A stretch of 64,000 bases of DNA from an uncultured Phycisphaerales bacterium (GTDB taxonomy: Bacteria; Planctomycetota; Phycisphaerae; Tepidisphaerales; Tepidisphaeraceae), in the NCBI GenBank assembly GCA_963844715.1, contig CAWJPJ010000007.1:896001-960000 (forward strand), written 5' to 3'. This document shows positions 56,578 through 64,000 of the stretch, piece by piece. The position numbers were made by a program, and so were the translations under genes. The stretch's first letter is position 1; every line of letters begins with the position of its first letter. A model generated the notes under the pieces. That model saw only the letters and a program-made list of their open reading frames with translations, was not told the origin of the DNA and ran no database searches.

Positions 56578-57455
56578 TCAGGACGCCTGATCGGCAGGCA
56601 CCCCAGCACCAGAAGATACTGGCTTTCTGCCACGGTGTCTTCCGGAGGGGAGGCCCTTCATCGTCGGCGGTACTCCGCCGTCCTTTTGAATTTGCCTTTG
56701 TGGAAGGCTTCGCCTCCACGGCCTCCCCGTGCCGCCGTGGCGCAGGCGATAGCTTTTGCCGGTGATGTTGATGATGGTGGCGTGCTGCAGGAAGCGGTCG
56801 AGGATCGCCGTGGCGGCCGGCACGTCGCCGATCAGTTTGGCCCAGTCTTCCAGCGGCCGGTTGCTGGTCATCATCGTCGAGCGGTTCTCATGGCGGCGCA
56901 TGATGATCTCCAGCAGGCATTCGCCGGAGCGACGCGGAAGTTGCTTCATGCCCATGTCGTCGATGATGAGCAGGTCGGGCTTGAGATAACGATTCAGCGT
57001 TTTGTCCTGCTGGCCGAGTTCCTCGTCGCCGAGGAAGTCGCGGGCCAGGTCGAAGATGGAGCGGTACAGCACCAGGAATCCGGCTTTGATCGCCTGATGC
57101 CCGATGGCCTGGACCAGGAACGTTTTGCCGACGCCGGGTGGGCCCAGCAGCAAGCACATCGGCTTTCTCGCGGATGAACTGACAACCGGCCAGGTCGTGG
57201 ATCTGCTTGCGCTTGATCGACGGGTTGAAGGAGAAGTCGAACTCGTCGAGGTTTTTGACTTCGCCGAACAGGCGGCCTTGACGCGGCGGCTACCAATCGG
57301 CTGGACCGCACGTTCAGTTCATCCTGAAGAATCAGTTCCAGAAACTCGGCGTGATCGAGCCGATTGCCGGCTGCCTCGCTCAGGCGGACTTCAAGGCTCT
57401 GGGCCAGGCCCGAAAGCCGAAGCTGTTTGAGCGTCTGCAACAATGAAGGTCTCAT
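56578..57455 (-). CDS. istB: IS21 helper ATPase IstB (frameshifted)
   Basis: GPPGVGKT; DLLIIDDMG; TSNRPLEDW; AILDRFL; ITGKSYR. Confidence 0.9.
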
Positions 57456-58994
57456 GGGATGGACTCCTGTGAAGGTGGTTGTTGGGTAATGGCCTGTCGC
57501 ACGAACTGCCCGTAATCGCCCAGGTCACGGATGATCGGATGTTCCTGGATGAACTCGAAGTTCTGCTGAATGGCGGGCGGATTCTGTTGTTCGATGAGTT
57601 GCCGCAATGAACGCAGGTGATACGCCCCATGGCCCTGGGCGACTTGGCAGGCCTGCTCGATGACGCGGCGGGAATGCTTGTTCGTCAGGGACAACAGCCC
57701 CATGAGCACGCGCACGCCTTCGATGCCGCGATTCTGGAGCATCGACTGCGCCCACTGCGTGGCGTGCGGGCCGATGGATTCGACCCGGCGCAGCAGCCAG
57801 GCCGTTCCGCGTTCGATGCCGCTGATCTTCTCCGGCAGGATGTGGGCATCCAGCGTGGAGAAGGTTCCCGGCGGACGCTGCACATGCACGGCGATCGGCC
57901 GCATCTTCTGATCCAGCAGTCGGACCAGTCCGGCCATCCCAGCGCGCCCAGAGCTGCTGGCCCAAAAACTCCGGCGGCACCGAGTAGTACGCGCCCTTGA
58001 TCTCCACGTGCCCATCCCGATGCACGCTCCGCAGCGCTTCTGGAAACAGATCGAACCGGGCCGCCGGCAACGGCAACAGCGCCGGCTTCTCCGCCTGCTC
58101 GAAGACTTCCTTCACCTGCCGGCGCGTCGTGCCATGGATGCGCGTGTCGGCGACGGTCGCTTCCCAGGTCTGCAGATGCTGGTTCTGCTCGGCCAGGAAG
58201 TGAAGGTCCGTCCCTTGAGGGCGTTGCCCTTCACATAGCCGATGCCCCGTTCGATCTTCCCCTTGTGCCGCGGCGTGTACGGCTTGGTCGGCAGGATGGC
58301 GATGCCGTAATGCTCGGCAAACGAGCGGACCTTGGGACACAGCTCCGGGTCGAACCAGTCCGCCCGCCTCACCGCCGCCCGGAGATTGTCGATCACCAGC
58401 GTCCTCGGCACGCCGCCGAAGTGCGCGAAGGCATTCTCCAGGCAACGCAGAAAGTCATCGGTGGTCTGACGATGCACCGCCTCGGCGTACCCCTTGCGGC
58501 TGTGGGACAGCACGATGCGGAAGACCCAGGTGCTCTTCCGTTTGCCATCCGGCACCGACGATGGGCGCGCCCCGGCCAAAGTCCACCTGCGCCTCGGCCC
58601 CCGGCTCGCATTCCATCCGCCGGAACGGCGCCGGCGCCGCCGCAGGTCAACTTCTTGACCAGCCGGCGCACGCTGTAATAGCTGCCGGCATAACCGTGGT
58701 CGGAGCAGAGGTCCTGATAAATCCGCTGGGCGGTCAGCCCCATGCTCCAGCTTCTGAAGAATCACTTCACGCCAGGGCGCTGGCGGCGCGTGACCAACCC
58801 GGTGGGCGACGCCTCTCCGAGCCGAGGGGGGCGCGCTGGCCGGTTTTGAATCTTCCCTGCGCCGCCAGCCGAAGATGGCGTCCGACCGTCTCCCGGTGAA
58901 CGCCAAGTTGCCGGGCGATGTGCCGGTTGGACCAGCCATTGCGTGCAAGTGCCAGAATTGCTTGTACTTCCGCCATCTTGAGTTGATTCGCCAT
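57452..58994 (-). CDS. istA: IS21 transposase IstA (several frameshifts)
   Basis: N-terminal HTH (SNRHIARQLGVHRETV); LSHSRK; FGGVP..LVIDNL; KGKIERG. Confidence 0.9.
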
Positions 58995-60317
58995 CGTACC
59001 GTCGTCTCCCGGCGAGAGCCGGAAGCCAACGGTAATGAACAAATCTCCTGTGCCTCAAAATGGCCGGTTTTGGCGCGCCCCTCAGCTGGCCGGTTTGTGC
59101 GCGCCCGCTGACAGCACGATCACCTGCGGACATTCTGCCAGCAGGTGGTGGTAGCGCATCCTGGCCGGGTGCGATTGATCAGCCGATCCAAGCGGAAGAA
59201 TGATCGGGTTGACGCCCAGAAGCTGGCCAAGCTGTTGTATCTGGACGAGGTTCCGCAGGTGCATGTTCCATCGGCCGAGGTTCGTTCGTGGCGGGAGCTG
59301 ATCGAGCTGCGTCGTCGCCAGGTGCAGACGCGCACTCGGGTGCAGAGTCGGATCCGCGCGTTGTTGCGGACGTACAACGTGTGCATTCCCAAGCGGGGAA
59401 GAAGATTACCGCTCGACCGTCCGGAGGTGAAGCCTGCCGTCGTGGCGAGTGAAGCGTACGAGCCGTTTAAGATTCTGTGGACGGATCGGGGCCATCGCTG
59501 GCTCAAGTTGCTGCAATGGCCAACGCCGGCGGTGGCGTTGCGGTGCGAATTGCTGGTGGAGGAACTGGAGCAGACGGAACGGGCCATCAAGCGGGTGACG
59601 GCGGAGTTGGACAAGATGGCGGCCGGAAACGCCGGCGTGCAATTGTTGTGCACGATCCCTGGGGTGGGCTGTCGGACCGCCGAGGCGGTGGTGGCATATC
59701 TGGACGATCCAGATCGTTTTGCCCGATCCAACCGGGTGGGATCGTACGCGGGCCTGGTGCCGTGCCAGGACAGTTCCGGGGGCACCGATCGACTGGGCCA
59801 TATCACCAAGGAGGGCCCGGCGACGATGCGCTGGCTGCTGGTGCAATCGGCCTGGCAGGTGGTGCGGCGCGAGCCGTTCATGCGGGCATACTTCAATCGC
59901 GTGGCCGGCGGGCAGAAGGAAAATCATAAGAAAGCTTTGATAGCCACGGCGCATAAGCTGCTGCGTTGCATGCATTCGATGCTGCGAACGGGCGAGGTGT
60001 GGAATCCGCTGAAGGACGATGCCGCGAACGAGGCGAAGTCCGCCGCGACGGAAGAGAAGAGCGGCTAAAGGAAAAAGATGGACCCTTGTAGGCGTCGGTA
60101 AGCGCCGATGATCGAGATGGGCACGGGATTGATAACCGGACTCCGCGGCAAGGCATGGGACCATACCCAGGATCCCGATACCTTGAATGGAGCCGGTTCG
60201 GATCACGAAGAGTGGCACGCCGTCGATGAAGTGTTTTGACGGATGATGCCGGATAGATGCGTGGAACATCCCGAGCCTGAATCTCGTCCCCGTCTTGACA
60301 CGGTTTGCTCATAGATG

Positions 60318-60911
60318 CCCTGCGTTGAGAACAGAATTTCCCCGATTGTCACCGATTCTTTTTTACCCATGTCGATGTGCGACGAAGGGTCTGATTCATC
60401 CGCGAATGAAAAACTGATGCCGACTTTGCGGTACACGCCTAGGACTTGATCGGTATGGATTGGGCCGAAGTAGCGGCTATCGAAGCTGCGTACGGCGGCG
60501 GAGCCGACGAGCAGTTCATCGGCGGCGAGTCTGCGCGGCTGACCAGTGCGGCAGCGGCCGACCAGCGGAATCGAAAGCGGCAATGGGACCTACACGAAAG
60601 CCGTTGACGCGCAGCTCGCCGTCCAGCGTCGAGACAAAGTCGCCGCCGGCGGCCAGCACGTGCTTAAGCAGGATCAGATTCGTCGGCTCACCCCGCAGAC
60701 GCGTATAGGAATAGGCGCTGGCGGGCAGCGCAAACGCGACAATACTGCCGCGCTGAATACGACCGCCATGGTAAAGATAGAAGCCAATTGGAACACTCGG
60801 CGTGCGGTTGTAAATCACCAGCGGCGGATGCGGCAGCGACGCGCTGGCAATCAGCGCAGCGATAACGCCTGCGATGACCCGCATACGGCGGAGGCCTCGA
60901 TCAATTCTCAT
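60318..60911 (-). CDS. traF: TraF, copy 2 (same frameshift; 3' tail cut at the nic/IS junction)
   Basis: Translation identical to 21685..22080. Confidence 0.8.
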
Positions 60912-61387
60912 GGGTTTGCTCCTGCAAGAATCGCAACAGGGAATCCCGATTCAGCCGCCTGGGCTCTTGGCCGGCGCAACGACTGGGCCGCAAGACGGTA
61001 ATAAATCAGCGGAACGCGGCATGGATCGATCCGCGACTGCTGAATCTCGCCAATCAGTTGGTCGGCTCGGTCGACAACGCCGCGGTCTTTGCCGATGCAG
61101 CGGCAATTCAGGAACGCGTGCACGTTCACGGCTGGGTCGATGCACGGCAGCCGAAAGCCGCTCTGCCCTCTCTCCCGGGCCTGGGCGACAGCAAAGGCGG
61201 CGAACTGCCGCCGCGGCGAGACCCGCGCCCACCACAACACAGCAAACGCCTCGTCGGCGCGGAACCAATAATGCGTCAAACCATCATCAATGCGCCGCAC
61301 CTGAACCGGGCTTCCGAAGCGCAGGCGAACGCTGAAGCGGTCCTTAACCTGACAAGCGGTCAGCCGTGTCCAATCTGAGTGGGTCAT
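60908..61387 (-). CDS. DUF2840-like protein, copy 2
   Basis: Translation identical to 22077..22556. Confidence 0.7.
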   Translation of the reverse strand: MTHSDWTRLTACQVKDRFSVRLRFGSPVQVRRIDDGLTHYWFRADEAFAVLWWARVSPRRQFAAFAVAQARERGQSGFRLPCIDPAVNVHAFLNCRCIGKDRGVVDRADQLIGEIQQSRIDPCRVPLIYYRLAAQSLRRPRAQAAESGFPVAILAGANP

Positions 61388-62163
61388 GACGGGTTTCGCA
61401 CGGATGGGTTGAGACTGGCGTGAGCGGGCTGGGTTGGATGCAGGTATGGCAGCAAAGCAGCGGCCTGCATGGGCAATCGCGGCGGAAGACGCAGGTGGTT
61501 CTTGGCCGCGTGCGCCCGAGCCGGCCCCGTGTAAATCACCCGATGATCGTGCGAAGCATCTGCGTGCGTTGCCGCCGAAGACCTCTCCTCATGCCGGCGA
61601 TTGGCATGGGTGGCGAAAAGCACCTCGTCACACCAGGCTTGAATGCGCGCCGAGGTTTGGTCATTCAGCGCGGGCTCATACCTCTGGGTAAGCGATCCGC
61701 CATGCAGTGGGCTGGCGGGCCCACGGAGCTGCGCATGGCCCACCAAAACGATGTGCAAGCCGACACCACCGCGCAGTAGATCCAGCCGACGGAGCAACTT
61801 TTGCCAATGCGCCAGCGCCAAGGCCTGTCCGTCGGGAATCGCCGCAAGGTGCTCGGCATTGCGCCGCCGGCACAATTCGTCCCCAATCGATAGCTCCACG
61901 CTCTCCAGGGAGTCGAGGATGACCGTGGCATACTCGTGCAGCCCAACGTACAGGTCTTGCAGCGCCTGCATAACTTGATCGAAGCGGCGGCATACCGGAA
62001 ATCGAGTGCAAGCAATATGGTTGGTGCTCTCGTCAGTGGGAATGAGCACCGGCGCCCGCAGGCCCGCCGCCAAAGTCGAGGTGCCGATTCCGCGAATGCC
62101 ATAGAACAGAATCCGCCGCGGCCGCTTGACTGAACGAGTGTGGATTTGATCGAACAATTTCAT
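61384..62163 (-). CDS. AAA_24 ATP-binding protein, copy 2 (intact, 259 aa)
   Basis: Single ORF with the motifs listed for copy 1. Confidence 0.85.
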   Translation of the reverse strand: MKLFDQIHTRSVKRPRRILFYGIRGIGTSTLAAGLRAPVLIPTDESTNHIACTRFPVCRRFDQVMQALQDLYVGLHEYATVILDSLESVELSIGDELCRRRNAEHLAAIPDGQALALAHWQKLLRRLDLLRGGVGLHIVLVGHAQLRGPASPLHGGSLTQRYEPALNDQTSARIQAWCDEVLFATHANRRHEERSSAATHADASHDHRVIYTGPARAHAAKNHLRLPPRLPMQAAALLPYLHPTQPAHASLNPSVRNPS

Positions 62164-62472
62164 GTAGACCTCCTACCTGCATTGGTGAACGCCTCTTGTC
62201 CGTTACGACCGGACCAAAACCGCAGAGCATGGGCGAGGGCTGTGCGCGCTCGGTGGTGATGGAAGTGCGATTTGCGCGGACTGAAGGGATGAGGAGCAGG
62301 TTCTGTCTGAAGCGAGAATCCGCTCAGAATGTGCTTGACAATTTAGCCACGAGTTAGGTAAATGTACGGTATCGCGTTCCTGCCCAGGACGGAGCTTGGG
62401 TTCATCGATACCGCCGTTTGCCGACCGAGCGCTGGGCGCGGCGCGATTGTTTGCACTACGGGAGGAATTGCC

Positions 62473-63549
62473 ATGTTGGGCGCTGCTCTTTCTGAAGAAT
62501 TGCCTGCGGCCTCACTGTTTGGGCCTGCCCAAATGGCGTTGGAACGGGCGCAACGATTGTTTCGCCGCGCCCAACGCAGCGTGACCCATACCCTTCGCAT
62601 TGCCTCCCGTGGTGATTTGATGGGTCCAACTCCGCAAGCCAGGCAAATACGGTTTGTGCCGTGCACGTGGGGCATGCGACGAGACGACTACCGCTGGCGC
62701 GGCGATGCCAATCGCGATTTTGCCGCGCTGCGGAGCGGCGCTTCAACGATGGGCTGGGCGCTGGTTCATGCGCCGCTGCGCAACTGGAGCGAACTGTTGC
62801 CAGGGACGATGCCGGATGTCATGGGCACGCGATCGGACCTCTACCTGGCGGACTACTGGCTGCTGACGGTGCATTACTTGGTCTGGTCCAAGCGTCTGCC
62901 CTATCCAATCAAGGCCAATTGGCTGCACGGCGCGAGCATTCACGATCGGCCATTCAGCTTTACCAGCGAACTGCCAACCGATTTGACGGAAGCATCGCTG
63001 GATGCGCTGATTTTGTTTCGTGAGGCGGCAGTGACTCTGCCCCGAAACGGCGGGGATATCCCGATCGCGCCCGCTGAGCCGCCCGTGCTTCACGATGGCC
63101 ACTGGCATTTGATGACCCGCGAGGTTCCAACCAGCGCGGCGAATCAAACTCTACCCACTGCCGAATCCCTGGAGCCGCCGCCTCAAGCCGCCGTTTTGAA
63201 AGAGGCAATGGACGGAAGTGACGTTCTTCCCGAATTGAATGACCAGACCTTTACGGTCTGCTGTGGTGGCAAAAAGTATCGCTTTACCGCTCGGAACAAA
63301 CAGTTGTTCGCCCTCCTGGATCGAGTCCGCCGTCGCCCTGGTCATCGGGTCTCCTTCGACGATCTGCGCACCACCGGTGACGTTTGGGATGGCTCGCGGG
63401 TGGAAGACAGTTCCATCCGCGGTGCAGTCGCGCGGCTTCGCAAGCTGCTCAAGAACCATGGCATGAGCGCTCTGGCCGAGCGGGTCACGACCGGTACGTA
63501 TCAAGGCCGCGGCTATGTCGTTTTGCAGACGGCAGAAGGACACGACTGA
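62473..63549 (+). CDS. wHTH-domain protein, copy 2 (intact)
   Basis: Inside ORF 62362..63549; GGAGG RBS before 62473. Confidence 0.7.
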   Translation: MLGAALSEELPAASLFGPAQMALERAQRLFRRAQRSVTHTLRIASRGDLMGPTPQARQIRFVPCTWGMRRDDYRWRGDANRDFAALRSGASTMGWALVHAPLRNWSELLPGTMPDVMGTRSDLYLADYWLLTVHYLVWSKRLPYPIKANWLHGASIHDRPFSFTSELPTDLTEASLDALILFREAAVTLPRNGGDIPIAPAEPPVLHDGHWHLMTREVPTSAANQTLPTAESLEPPPQAAVLKEAMDGSDVLPELNDQTFTVCCGGKKYRFTARNKQLFALLDRVRRRPGHRVSFDDLRTTGDVWDGSRVEDSSIRGAVARLRKLLKNHGMSALAERVTTGTYQGRGYVVLQTAEGHD

Positions 63550-63568
63550 TCAAGCTAAAGGAGAAGCC

Positions 63569-64000
63569 ATGTCAATATTCACGGATAAACGAGGGACCGC
63601 AGCGCCACGAACCGTCAAGATTCGCGGCGAGCAGTTTACGCGGCTTTGGCTTACGACCTCCATGTCCCAGGAGACCTTCGCGGCCCGCATCGGAATGAAG
63701 CGCTCCGGGGTATTCCGCCTGCTGCGGCCGGGCGTGCACGCCATGTTCAGCGATAACTTCGCCCGCGTCGCCCAAGCCCTGAACATGACGCCGCGGGAAT
63801 TGAAGGAGCGCATCGGGGTTGGAGAAGTCGTGGTGCGATCGTCCGATGCGGCGTGGCCCAATCTACCAATCGGGCATCAAGGGCCCGGCGCAGCCGCTGG
63901 TCGAGGTCACAAGGTTTCACGGGATCAGCGCGGGTAGCCGCGCCGAGCGCCTGGATGTGGAGCACGGGACGGTGAAGGTGCCCGAAGGGTGGGGGGATTT
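63569..64000 (+). CDS. XRE/S24 repressor, copy 2 (partial, window edge)
   Basis: Matches 24737 onward. Confidence 0.65.

Larger units (their letters stand above)
56457..59113 (-). mobile_element. IS21-family element
   Basis: TGT...ACA ends with imperfect IRs (TGTCGCGGGTGCGCCAAAACCGGCCA / TGTCAGCGGGCGCGCACAAACCGGCCA); 6-bp target duplication GCACGA at 56451-56 and 59114-19. Confidence 0.92.
56176..60317 (+). mobile_element. IS1111-type element, copy 2, interrupted by IS21
   Basis: Same ends as copy 1; transposase split into 56257..56456 and 59114..60068. Confidence 0.85.
60318..64000. repeat. Near-identical direct repeat of 21487..~25169 (second ICE segment, runs off the window)
   Basis: Offset 38831 bp; same ORFs (traF, DUF2840, AAA_24, wHTH, XRE). 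Confidence 0.95.

Overview
The window looks like Planctomycetota DNA, most likely Phycisphaerae/Tepidisphaerales: it has a [19 protein letters not shown] zinc-ribbon tail, a DUF1559-type prepilin gene and an 'EALESRILLS' Planctomycete export motif. Single-base frameshifts are frequent and are probably mostly long-read errors. Layout: (1) 1-2.9 kb, a small protein and a MASE1 hybrid histidine kinase. (2) A degenerate tRNA-Pro 3' half at ~3.16 kb. (3) 3.8-15.3 kb, a GT-C glycosyltransferase and a cluster with two paralogous secreted 12-Cys peptides (shared 'M-x-QIHG|MTGCP' double-glycine-like site), an exported C39 peptidase-DUF1573 fusion, a MauE-CxxC redox protein, a TPR protein and a pilin-like gene. 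This is a candidate undescribed RiPP-like disulfide-peptide system. (4) 16.2-26.5 kb, a Tn4371-like conjugative backbone (trbB, RHH, traG, relaxase, oriT, traF, DUF2840) without trbC-L, plus phage-like regulators. (5) 26.8-54.3 kb, cargo: a TPR GT41 glycosyltransferase, an ~18.8-kb adhesin-RHS toxin gene with candidate immunity, and an orphan RHS module with two candidate immunity paralogues. (6) 54.5-60.3 kb, two IS1111-type (IS110 family) elements, each inserted at the TG of a copy of the oriT nic motif (CTTTTATCTTG^CC); one is interrupted by an IS21. (7) 60.3-64 kb, a second copy of the ICE segment that restarts exactly at nic. All family calls come from motif recognition by eye; no database searches were run.
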